DNA from: Candidatus Iainarchaeum sp.
GTDB lineage: Archaea > Iainarchaeota > Iainarchaeia > Iainarchaeales > GCA-2688035
DNA: 12,144 nt
Direction of reading: 5' to 3'
NCBI GenBank assembly: GCA_017610175.1
Contig: JAFCCO010000024.1
Location: 1 to 12,144, forward strand
In this document: one piece after another, positions 1-7,852 of the stretch
How the letters are laid out: every line of letters begins with the position of its first letter
Position numbering within the stretch: position 1 is the stretch's first letter
Position numbers and translations under genes: made by a program
Notes under the pieces: model-generated
The model's input: only the letters and a program-made list of their open reading frames with translations
What the model was told of the DNA's origin: nothing
The model's database searches: none

Positions 1-2091
1 CACAGTGCTTGTTGAATAGTTCAAATCAATTGTAAGCAAACCACCCGCAACATCAAGCACATTAAAAGCAATTGTAAGATTCTCATCAGCACTGTATGAG
101 AAGCGCGGCAAAGCAACACTGTCAAGATTAGATTCAATTGAAACAATGCTCACATCAGGTCCTGTCGCATCAATGTACATTGTTTGGCTTGAGCTGAAAT
201 CAGTCAATCCACCCCCGTCTGTTGCAAGTGCATTCACAAAGTAGTTGCCGTCGCTTACATTGAATATGTTCCAGTCCACCGAACAGGAAACAATTTGTAT
301 GTTCCAGTCGAGTGAAGCGCAAGCGGCTGTTGCATCAAAATTGTCCACAATCACAATCCCTGTTCCCTGCACCGCACTGGTCGAGTAATTGACATCAAAC
401 AGAATGGTTTCCGCCGCACTGGTCGAGTAATTGACATCAAACAGAATGGTTTCCGCGTTCCCATCGTAATCAAACAAGTTGAAGTCGATTGTCAGGTTGC
501 CGTCGTTTGTGTATGAAAAGAGGGGCAATCCAAGCTGGGCATCGTTTCCGTCAATTCCTGAGACATTTATGTCCGGTCCGTTGTAGCTCACTGTTGCTGA
601 AGCAAACTTCGCAAACACCGGCCTTGAATTTCCACCAATATACGGGTTCCAAGACTGTGAGTTTGTGTCAAAGTTTACTCTGTACTGGAAGTAGCGGTTT
701 GCTGATGTGCTCAAAGTCTTTGTTTCCGCCCCTGCAAGCCCTGTTATCCAACTCTCCCCTGAACAAAGCGAGTCATTGCACGAGCGATAGTCAACTGTTA
801 AAGTGTTGTTCGCATCAGTGGTTTCGGTCCACGCAAGCTGCTCCCAACGGGAAGTCAGGTTTGAGTCAAACACTGGGCTGTAGTAATTGGAATTCATCCA
901 GGAATTGTAGTCTGCCCGAATTTCTTCTGCAGACAGTGCGCGGTTATAGATTTTTAGTTCGTCAATTAAGCCACCAAAATATGCTGGGGCAAAACTAAAG
1001 TATCCAATATGGAGGTTTGAAGTCGTAGCGCTAACGAACTCAATTCCTGACCCACTTCCATCCGCAACACCGTTCACATACAACTGGACACTTTCATTGT
1101 TGTAGGTAGCGGCAAAATGATACCACTTTTCAACAGACAGTACTGAACTTACGGCTACTGGGGGGCGACCAAATGACTCAAAAGAAAGGCGATTACTTCC
1201 GTCAATGTACATGAAATAACCATTTGCTCCCGCGTACTGACCAACAATTGAACCAAATACATCGTTGTTGGCACTGAATTTAATCCAGCCTGTCCAGGTA
1301 TACTGGGCGGTTTTGTCAAAGTTAAAACTGGAATCGTTTGGAACATCGATATAATCATTTACCCCGTCAAAGAATCCCGCATTCGAGTCCCACAGTCCGT
1401 AGGCGTTTATGTTTGCCCCGCCTACCAGTGCGCCGCCGGTCATTGTTCCAAGGACCCTGAAATTTTTTACGCAGGACACGCCATAACTGTCTGCCCAGGC
1501 ATAGAGTTCTACGGCGTCCCCTGTTTTCCAGCCGGCGATGCTTTCAGTATATGTTTGATAAGATGAGTTCATCATACCGCGTGATGTTCCCACTGCCTGC
1601 CCATTCCTGTAAACCTGTCCATGCACATTATCGGTTGAAACCATGCAGTCTGCAAGCTGAAAAGTTATGCTTAGTGTAACTGTTCCCCCCGCAACCCGGT
1701 TAAGATCCTGCGTTATTGTCAGGGTCTTTAATTTTTCTGGTGAGGTATCATAAGAGAATTCTTGTAAATCATCGCTTAGCAAGACATCAGGGCTTATGGC
1801 ATAGTATTCTATTCCCCCTGCCAATCCTGTTCCGTCGGAGTTTAGCTCGTTGAATTTCCAGTAGCCGACAAGGTTTGCGTCATAATCTCTTGGAAAGGTC
1901 TTCAGAGAATTGTGATCTAATTCCCCGCTGGGCATTACAGTGCCGTCCGCAAGAACCTTTACATAATTCAAATCGTAAGCCGTACCTGAATTGAAGTCAG
2001 ACGCGGTTGTGGTTGTCCAAGCAGGGGCAAAAGCGTTCAAAGCCAGAGCTAGAAGAAACACTAAAATAAACAAACTGGCTTTTCGGTTCAA
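1..2091 (-). CDS. Large secreted/cell-surface protein with LamG-like (concanavalin A-like) jellyroll and Ig-like repeats; 3' end beyond window
   Basis: Hand translation is open from TTG at 2091 to position 1 (697 codons). SD-like GGGAG lies 9 nt upstream. Signal peptide MNRKASLFILVFLLALALNAFAPA. LamG motifs LVGYWKFNE, FDGVNDYIDV, WYHFAATY, LYVNG, FGGLIDELKIYNRALSAEEI. Two related C-terminal units start at GPD (579 and 162). Confidence 0.88.
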   Translation of the reverse strand, partial: MNRKASLFILVFLLALALNAFAPAWTTTTASDFNSGTAYDLNYVKVLADGTVMPSGELDHNSLKTFPRDYDANLVGYWKFNELNSDGTGLAGGIEYYAISPDVLLSDDLQEFSYDTSPEKLKTLTITQDLNRVAGGTVTLSITFQLADCMVSTDNVHGQVYRNGQAVGTSRGMMNSSYQTYTESIAGWKTGDAVELYAWADSYGVSCVKNFRVLGTMTGGALVGGANINAYGLWDSNAGFFDGVNDYIDVPNDSSFNFDKTAQYTWTGWIKFSANNDVFGSIVGQYAGANGYFMYIDGSNRLSFESFGRPPVAVSSVLSVEKWYHFAATYNNESVQLYVNGVADGSGSGIEFVSATTSNLHIGYFSFAPAYFGGLIDELKIYNRALSAEEIRADYNSWMNSNYYSPVFDSNLTSRWEQLAWTETTDANNTLTVDYRSCNDSLCSGESWITGLAGAETKTLSTSANRYFQYRVNFDTNSQSWNPYIGGNSRPVFAKFASATVSYNGPDINVSGIDGNDAQLGLPLFSYTNDGNLTIDFNLFDYDGNAETILFDVNYSTSAAETILFDVNYSTSAVQGTGIVIVDNFDATAACASLDWNIQIVSCSVDWNIFNVSDGNYFVNALATDGGGLTDFSSSQTMYIDATGPDVSIVSIESNLDSVALPRFSYSADENLTIAFNVLDVAGGLLTIDLNYSTSTV
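372..455. repeat. Perfect 42-bp tandem duplication (2 copies), in frame
   Basis: ccgcactggtcgagtaattgacatcaaacagaatggtttccg at 372-413 and 414-455; duplicates peptide AETILFDVNYSTSA on the minus strand. Confidence 0.97.
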
Positions 2092-2134
2092 GCAAAACTA
2101 CTCCCTTATTATTCATTAATAGAAGTGCTTTGAA

Positions 2135-2143
2135 TTATATAAA
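2135..2143 (-). promoter_or_regulatory. TATA box of the surface-protein gene
   Basis: Minus strand reads TTTATATAA, about 45 nt upstream of the TTG start and upstream of the SD. Confidence 0.6.
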
Positions 2144-2156
2144 TCTTGCTTTGAAT

Positions 2157-2699
2157 TTATTTCAGCTTCTTAAGAATCAGCTCGGACTGCTTTTGCAGCT
2201 CTTTCTTTGAGCCCTCGTTCAGGATTGTGAAGTCCGCTATTGCAATCGGCCCGCCCTTGTTTAGGGACTCTATTTCGGATTTGTCCCTTGTTTCGGCCTC
2301 GGCCTTGAAAAGAGGTCTTTCCTTGCGGGAAGCAAGCCTTTCATGCCTTATTGAGGGAGAGGCAAAAACAGCAATAACTTTTAGTTCCGGAAATTTTTCG
2401 CGCAGCACAAGGAGCTCTTCCCAGCTGTACAATCCGTCTATGAGAACGTTCTTCTTTGCCTTTACCGCGGCCTCAATTTTTGGAATGCTAAGAACAGCCA
2501 TTGCAGCCATGCCGTGTTTTTCGCGAAGCTCCTCGCGCACAAGCTTTTCATTTGCCTCATTTACCTCAAAATTGCGGGACCTAACCTCTTCAACAACTAT
2601 CCCCCCAAAGTAAACGCGTTCAAATCCTGCGTCAAGAAAAGGCTTTGCCGCCTCACTTTTTCCGGAACCGGGCATTCCAACAATTGCAACCATTGCCAT
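2157..2699 (-). CDS. UPF0200 / dephospho-CoA kinase-like P-loop nucleotide kinase
   Basis: N-terminal Walker A (AIVGMPGSGKS), LREKHG, IDGLYSWEE, lid motif RHERLASR, IAIADFTILNEG. ATG at 2699 places the P-loop at the N-terminus as expected for the family (180 aa). Confidence 0.8.
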   Translation of the reverse strand: MAMVAIVGMPGSGKSEAAKPFLDAGFERVYFGGIVVEEVRSRNFEVNEANEKLVREELREKHGMAAMAVLSIPKIEAAVKAKKNVLIDGLYSWEELLVLREKFPELKVIAVFASPSIRHERLASRKERPLFKAEAETRDKSEIESLNKGGPIAIADFTILNEGSKKELQKQSELILKKLK

Positions 2700-2851
2700 G
2701 AAATGGAGAAGCTGCAAAACAAATAAATACAATTGGTTGGGGGGCTGTAAGGCAGAGTTTTCCACAATGAACGCCTTTTAAAACGTTGATTCCCGAAGTG
2801 ATTGAATAGGTTTAAAAACCAGAACCGCCCTCTATAGTGCGGTGATCCAAC

Positions 2852-3556
2852 ATGGCTGATATATTAACCGAACTTTTTGCAAAGTTTACGGAAGGAATCG
2901 GAAAAGCGGCTTTTAAGATATGTGAATCCATTGTGGATGTTGTCCCGGCATTGATTCTTGCAATTATTATAATTGCACTCGGTGTCTTTATTGGGGAACT
3001 TATTAAAAAAGTCATAATAAAGATTCTGCAAAGCACAAAAATTGACCAGTGGATCGACGAACAGAACCTTACGGCGGCAATCGGTGGAAAGGAAATGTCC
3101 GCGCTAATTGGAAGCTTCTCCAAATGGTATATCATTTGGGTTTCCCTGTGGGTAGCAGCTGATTCAATCAAGCTGCAGGGCCTTAGCCAATTTGTTGGGG
3201 CGCTTGTGTTTTACATACCGCAGGTGCTGGCGGCATTGCTTGTAATAATTCTCGGTTTGCTGCTTGGAAGGTATCTCAAGAACGCATTCGATGCAACACA
3301 GCACAAGTTCAAGAAGATTGCGGGAACACTTACAGAGGTTCTTATTGTAATCTTTGCAGCGGTTCTTTCGCTTACACTTGTACTGGGTGAATCAAAGATT
3401 CAGATTCTTGTGGACCTGCTGGAGATTTTCCTGACTCCATTCCTTTGGAGCATCGCAATCGCGGTGGGAATTGTGGTAGGCGTTTCGTTTGGACTGGCAT
3501 TTAAGACAGAAATCCAGGGCTTTGCAACCGAAATTAAGAACGGCTACTCAAAGTAA
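2852..3556 (+). CDS. CmpX-like / MscS-associated conserved TM-helix repeat membrane protein
   Basis: Two TM_helix-type repeats (VVPALILAIIIIALGVFIG; YIPQVLAALLVIILGLLLG), C-terminal SFGLAFK, SD GGTGAT at 2841-2846. Confidence 0.8.
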   Translation: MADILTELFAKFTEGIGKAAFKICESIVDVVPALILAIIIIALGVFIGELIKKVIIKILQSTKIDQWIDEQNLTAAIGGKEMSALIGSFSKWYIIWVSLWVAADSIKLQGLSQFVGALVFYIPQVLAALLVIILGLLLGRYLKNAFDATQHKFKKIAGTLTEVLIVIFAAVLSLTLVLGESKIQILVDLLEIFLTPFLWSIAIAVGIVVGVSFGLAFKTEIQGFATEIKNGYSK

Positions 3557-3575
3557 TTGGGAAACCTTTCACCCC

Positions 3576-3594
3576 TTTTTCTTTTTTTTATTTT
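3576..3594 (+). terminator. Oligo-T archaeal terminator
   Basis: tttttcttttttttatttt starting 20 nt after the stop of the CmpX-like gene. Confidence 0.6.
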
Positions 3595-3621
3595 ATCATG
3601 CACAGGCCCTGCCCTGCAGGA

Positions 3622-3629
3622 TTTAAAAT
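3622..3629 (+). promoter_or_regulatory. TATA box for a probably leaderless ssb transcript
   Basis: TTTAAAAT begins 30 nt before ATG 3652; no SD in between. Confidence 0.6.
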
Positions 3630-3651
3630 AAGTTGATTGCACTGAATTATC

Positions 3652-4002
3652 ATGCGAATTGAGGAACTTGCACCCGACCAAAAAAAAATAAGCCTTGTTG
3701 CAAAGGTTGCGTCCAAAGAAGAGGAAATGGATGTTTCAGCTGAGGGTAAAATCCACAGAACGGCGGACTTTTTGATAGGGGACGGGAAAGCAAGCATTCT
3801 GCTCTCAGCCTGGGACGGCAAAATAAACCTAATTCAGGTTGGAAAGGTTTACAGGTTTGAAAATGCGTACACGACGATTTTCAGGCACTCGCTCAGGCTG
3901 AATCTGGGGCGCTACGGGCGCATCAGGGAAAGCGCCTGGAAAATTGAGAAGGTAAACTACAGGAACAACATGAGCGAAAAAGAACTTGATGAAAGCCTGT
4001 AG
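3652..4002 (+). CDS. ssb: Single OB-fold single-stranded DNA-binding protein (archaeal SSB/RPA-like)
   Basis: MRIEELAP, ADFLIGDGKASILLSAWD, GKVYRFENAYT, LRLNLGRYG match the small archaeal SSB pattern. Confidence 0.82.
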   Translation: MRIEELAPDQKKISLVAKVASKEEEMDVSAEGKIHRTADFLIGDGKASILLSAWDGKINLIQVGKVYRFENAYTTIFRHSLRLNLGRYGRIRESAWKIEKVNYRNNMSEKELDESL

Positions 4003-4009
4003 TTAGCTA

Positions 4010-4017
4010 TTTAAATA
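4010..4017 (+). promoter_or_regulatory. TATA box of the tRNA gene
   Basis: TTTAAATA begins 39 nt before the mature tRNA 5' end. Confidence 0.65.
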
Positions 4018-4048
4018 TGATTTTGAACAACATACATATCAACCCCAA

Positions 4049-4123
4049 GGGTGTGTAGCTCAGCCTGGTTAGAGCGCCGGTCTTATACACCGCAGGTCGG
4101 GGGTTCAAATCCTCCCACACCCA
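4049..4123 (+). tRNA. tRNA-Ile(UAU), intronless, CCA not encoded
   Basis: Acceptor GGGTGTG/CACACCC, D stem GCTC/GAGC, anticodon arm CCGGT-CTTATAC-ACCGC with TAT at 4084-4086, T arm GGGGG-TTCAAAT-CCTCC, discriminator A at 4123. Confidence 0.93.
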
Positions 4124-4148
4124 TTCGAAAAGACGAGGAAATTTGCAG

Positions 4149-4862
4149 ATGGCAAAACCAGTCAAAAAGGTTGTAAAGAAAAAGAAAACGGTGAAAAAGG
4201 CAGCCCTCACCGGCGCCAAATTTATTTCAATCAGGCCCGAAAGGGTTGAAACCGCAATCCTCACTCTGGCTCAATTCTCAAAAACACCTGGCAGAAACAG
4301 AAGGCTTCGCAGGGCCGCTTCAAAACTTGAGATGCTTCTGCGCGAAAACCATGAAATGACCCGCCAGGTTGTTTCAAAACTTGCAAAGCTCACACACAGC
4401 AAGCAGGCAACAATTTCAACTATTGCAAGAATGTTTGCCGCACCATTTGCATTCACAACACTTAAGGGAAAGCTGAGGGAATTCAACAAGGGAAAAATTA
4501 CCTTCGAGCAGGTGATGGAGTCGGTTGAAAAGGCTTACGAAAGAAGGGTTCCGCACGATACAATTCACAACGTTCTTCACTGCAAGCCGGGAATGTTTTA
4601 CGAAAGGATAATGAAGGTTGCACTGCAGTACGGTTCGCCAAAATCACTTATAACGAACCTCACAATCAAAAGAATGCACGAAATGGGCGCATCCAAAGAA
4701 GAAATAACTGCCGCACACGAACTAAAGTGGGCAATTCACCAGTACGGCCACCATATGTATGATGCAATGCGCAAAGGCAATAAAGAGGCGGAAAGGCTTA
4801 ACAGAAAAAAGATGCGGGAACTGCAAAGCAAATTCATTAACCAATTCACTAAAAAGCTCTGA
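4149..4862 (+). CDS. Hypothetical, highly basic, probably helical protein
   Basis: 237-aa ORF with GAGGA SD at 4135-4139 before ATG 4149; fills the tRNA-ileS gap; Lys/Arg-rich; no family recognised. Confidence 0.75.
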   Translation: MAKPVKKVVKKKKTVKKAALTGAKFISIRPERVETAILTLAQFSKTPGRNRRLRRAASKLEMLLRENHEMTRQVVSKLAKLTHSKQATISTIARMFAAPFAFTTLKGKLREFNKGKITFEQVMESVEKAYERRVPHDTIHNVLHCKPGMFYERIMKVALQYGSPKSLITNLTIKRMHEMGASKEEITAAHELKWAIHQYGHHMYDAMRKGNKEAERLNRKKMRELQSKFINQFTKKL

Positions 4863-4880
4863 AAGGGGCAAACAAATTGG

Positions 4881-4888
4881 TTTATAAA
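4881..4888 (+). promoter_or_regulatory. TATA box of ileS
   Basis: TTTATAAA, followed by SD AGGTG at 4911-4915 and GTG start at 4921. Confidence 0.65.
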
Positions 4889-4920
4889 ATTTCATTTCAA
4901 CAAAATAATTAGGTGTATCT

Positions 4921-7785
4921 GTGGAAACAAAAAAAATGCTCGAAGCCTACAGCCGAGAGAAAGAAGAGGAAATCCAAAAATTCTGGCTTAAAGAAAAAAT
5001 TGCCGAAAAGGCCAAGGCGCAGTCCGCAAAACAAAAAAAGACCTACTATTTTATGGACGGCCCGCCGTACGCAACAGGCCACATCCACATGGGAACAGCC
5101 TTGAACAAGATTCTTAAAGACATTTCAATGCGAAGCAGGAGAATGCAGAACTTTAACGTGTTCGACAGGCCGGGATACGACACGCACGGTGTCCCGATTG
5201 AAAACAAGGTGGAGCAAAAGCTTGGGTTCAGGGGAAAGCAGGATATTGAAAAATTCGGGGTTGACAAGTTCATTAAGGAATGCAAGGAATTTGCAACACA
5301 GTTCATAGATGTTATGAACGACGAATTCAAGGACCTGGGAATTTGGATGGACTGGGAAAACCCTTACCTCACACTAAACGACGAATACATTGAGGCGATT
5401 TGGTTTTCATTCAAGAAAGCAAAGGAAAAGAAACTTCTCTACTTGGGAAAGTACCCTGTTCACGTTTGCCCCCACTGCGCTACAGCCGTTGCATTCAACG
5501 AAATCGAATATGTGAAGCAGACAGACACAAGCGTTTACGTAAAGTTTCCTGTTGAGGGAAAGGAAAACACTTTTTTGGTTATCTGGACAACAACCCCCTG
5601 GACACTGCCGGGCAACACAGGGGTAATGGTAAACCCCAAATTCGACTATGTTGAACTAAAGCTAAGCAACGGAGAAAAGTGGGTTATTGCAAAAGAGCTT
5701 GCGCAGAAATTAATGGACGCAATTGAAGCAGGATACTTGGTTGAAAGGGAATTTAAGGGAAAGGAGTTGGACGGAGTAAAGTACACAAACCCCCTTGCAA
5801 AGCACTTAAAGCTTCCAAAGCTGGAGAACGCATACCGCGTTATTATGAGCGAAAGATACGTTGATTTGGAGGCAGGAACAGGCCTTGTTCACACAGCACC
5901 AGGGCACGGAAAAGAGGACTTTGATGCGGGGAGAAAAGCGGGGTTGCCTGCAATAAGCCCTGTTGGAATTGACGGCCTGCTGACAGAAATGGCCGGAAAA
6001 TATGAGGGAAAAAAGGCAAGAATTGTTGACAAGGAAATTATAGAGGATTTGGAAGCGGATAACGCGCTTGTGTTCAAGCACCCGTACACACACGATTACC
6101 CAACATGCTGGAGATGCAAGGCACCGCTCTTAATGCTTTCTGTAAAGCAATGGTTCCTCAAGGTTTCCGCAATTCAGAAAAAAATGCTTAAGTCAAACAA
6201 GGAAACCAAGTGGGTTCCAAAATACATGCAGGACAGAATGCAGGACTGGCTGCAGCAGCTTGGGGACTGGCCTGTTTCAAGGGCAAGATACTGGGGAACA
6301 CCGCTGCCCATATGGACATGCGAAAAGTGCGATGAGATAAAGGTTGTTGGCTCAATTGCGGAACTGAAGAAAGAGTCAGGTCTAAAAGAGATTGACGTGC
6401 ACAAGCCAAAGATTGATGAAATTGAACTGAAGTGCAAGTGCTCCGGAAAAATGAAGCGCGTGCCCGAAGTACTTGATGTGTGGTTTGACTCAGGAGTAAG
6501 CAGCTGGGCAGCACTTGGCTATCCTGCGAAAAATGATTTGTTTGAAAAGTTCTGGCCCGCAAGCCTGAACCTTGAGGGAACAGACCAGTTCCGCGGATGG
6601 TGGAACTCACAGCTAATACTTTCAACAATTGCATTTGACAAAAAGCCGTTTGAAACCATTATGGTGCACGGTTTGATTACCGACTTGTCCAAAGTGAAGA
6701 TGAGCAAAAGCCGTGGCAACGTTGTCTCCCCAAAAGAAGTTATTGCAAAGCACAACAGGGACTTTTTGAGATTCTACCTTGCAGCACAGTCAAGGGGACA
6801 GGACATTGGGTTTAGCTGGGACGCATTCAGAGACATCTCAAGATTCTTCAACACACTCTGGAACAGCTACAATTACACCGCAATGTACCTTAAGCTCGAC
6901 CCGACACAAGAGCCTGAAACAACAAAGCTTCAGACAGAGGACAAATGGATTCTTAGCAAACTAAACACGCTTGTAAAAGAGGTTTTGGAAAACTACGAAA
7001 GTTACGAATACTTCAGGGCATGCACCGCAATAGACTACTTTGTAAGGGAAGAATTGAGCAAGACATATATCAAACTGATTAGGGCAAGAACCGGAACAGA
7101 TTCGGAGAAAGCCGTTTCACAGGCCCTGAGCAAGTGCCTGTTTACGCTGGCAAAGCTTCTTGCGCCGGTAACGCCATTCCTTTCCGAATACATTTACAGG
7201 GACATGAGAAAAGAGGGAATGGCTGAATCAGTTCACCTGCTTTTGCTACCTGAATTTGACAAAAAATTTGTTGATGAAAAGCTTGAGAAGGAATTTGAAC
7301 TCTGCAAGCAGCTTGCGCAGGCCTCGCTTGCACTAAGGGAGCAGGAGAAACTAAGGCTAAGGTGGCCGCTTAAGGGGCTTGTTGTAAAAACCAAGTCAGG
7401 AAAGGAACTTTCAAAGGTAAAAGTGGTTCTTGCAAAAATGTGCAATGTATACAAGGTTGATGAAAGCACAGGCAAGCCAACTGGAAACTATGCGGAAAAG
7501 GAATTTGAGGAAATCGTGCTTTTCCTGAACAAGGATGCGGATTCCGAAATGAAGGAACAGTGGGAGTTAATGGAATTAAGAAGGCGCATTCAGGATTTGA
7601 GAAAGCAGGCAAAGCTCATGCCGCAGCAAAACGTTGAACTGATTATTGCAAGCGATGACAAGGCGTTCCTTGAAAAATACAGAAACGAGATAGAAAAGGG
7701 AACCAATACCACAATGAAAATTTCCGAAAAGGGCGAAATGGAGAAGCTTCTTGAAAGAAAATTCTTCACAGAGCTCAAAGCCTGA
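4921..7785 (+). CDS. ileS: Isoleucine--tRNA ligase (archaeal type)
   Basis: DGPPYATGHIHMGT (HIGH variant), GYDTHGVPIE, editing motifs WTTTPWTL and GTGLVHTAPGHGKEDF, SRARYWGTPLPIW, DVWFDSG, EGTDQFRGW, KMSKS. Confidence 0.98.
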   Translation: METKKMLEAYSREKEEEIQKFWLKEKIAEKAKAQSAKQKKTYYFMDGPPYATGHIHMGTALNKILKDISMRSRRMQNFNVFDRPGYDTHGVPIENKVEQKLGFRGKQDIEKFGVDKFIKECKEFATQFIDVMNDEFKDLGIWMDWENPYLTLNDEYIEAIWFSFKKAKEKKLLYLGKYPVHVCPHCATAVAFNEIEYVKQTDTSVYVKFPVEGKENTFLVIWTTTPWTLPGNTGVMVNPKFDYVELKLSNGEKWVIAKELAQKLMDAIEAGYLVEREFKGKELDGVKYTNPLAKHLKLPKLENAYRVIMSERYVDLEAGTGLVHTAPGHGKEDFDAGRKAGLPAISPVGIDGLLTEMAGKYEGKKARIVDKEIIEDLEADNALVFKHPYTHDYPTCWRCKAPLLMLSVKQWFLKVSAIQKKMLKSNKETKWVPKYMQDRMQDWLQQLGDWPVSRARYWGTPLPIWTCEKCDEIKVVGSIAELKKESGLKEIDVHKPKIDEIELKCKCSGKMKRVPEVLDVWFDSGVSSWAALGYPAKNDLFEKFWPASLNLEGTDQFRGWWNSQLILSTIAFDKKPFETIMVHGLITDLSKVKMSKSRGNVVSPKEVIAKHNRDFLRFYLAAQSRGQDIGFSWDAFRDISRFFNTLWNSYNYTAMYLKLDPTQEPETTKLQTEDKWILSKLNTLVKEVLENYESYEYFRACTAIDYFVREELSKTYIKLIRARTGTDSEKAVSQALSKCLFTLAKLLAPVTPFLSEYIYRDMRKEGMAESVHLLLLPEFDKKFVDEKLEKEFELCKQLAQASLALREQEKLRLRWPLKGLVVKTKSGKELSKVKVVLAKMCNVYKVDESTGKPTGNYAEKEFEEIVLFLNKDADSEMKEQWELMELRRRIQDLRKQAKLMPQQNVELIIASDDKAFLEKYRNEIEKGTNTTMKISEKGEMEKLLERKFFTELKA

Positions 7786-7801
7786 AAAGGCAATAAAAGC
7801 A

Positions 7802-7809
7802 TTTAAATA
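7802..7809 (+). promoter_or_regulatory. TATA box with upstream purine-rich BRE-like element for the dys-speD unit
   Basis: AAAAGC-A-TTTAAATA; the only clear TATA I see in the ileS-dys gap. Confidence 0.65.
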
Positions 7810-7831
7810 CTGATTGCAGGCGTATTTTTTT

Positions 7832-7852
7832 ATGCACAGGCCCCCAAACTAA
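7832..7852 (+). CDS. Candidate leader peptide (uORF) MHRPPN
   Basis: ATG CAC AGG CCC CCA AAC TAA. The ATG is 30 nt after the first TATA base, the same spacing as the apparently leaderless ssb gene. Translation is not demonstrated. Confidence 0.5.
   Translation: MHRPPN

Noticed and set aside
372-455. Possible CRISPR repeat
   Set aside because: Only two abutting copies, no spacer, and located inside a CDS.
489-998. 169-aa plus-strand ORF
   Set aside because: Antisense shadow of the LamG gene; implausible Ser/Cys/Gln-rich composition.
1155-1358. 67-aa minus ORF and suspected frameshift at the G6 run (1160-1165)
   Set aside because: The main frame reads through (FGRPPVAV); the short ORF is an alternative frame.
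2700-2765. 22-aa N-terminal extension of the kinase
   Set aside because: The family starts at the P-loop strand; the region looks like promoter/UTR.
4007-4264. 85-aa minus ORF
   Set aside because: Antisense translation of the tRNA and orphan gene (EDLNPRP is a typical tRNA shadow).
4100-4862. Integrated element at the tRNA 3' end
   Set aside because: No integrase, and I found no duplicated tRNA 3' end in the window.
5080-5100. Non-canonical HIGH motif (HMGT) in IleRS
   Set aside because: H-x-G-T variants are common in archaeal IleRS.
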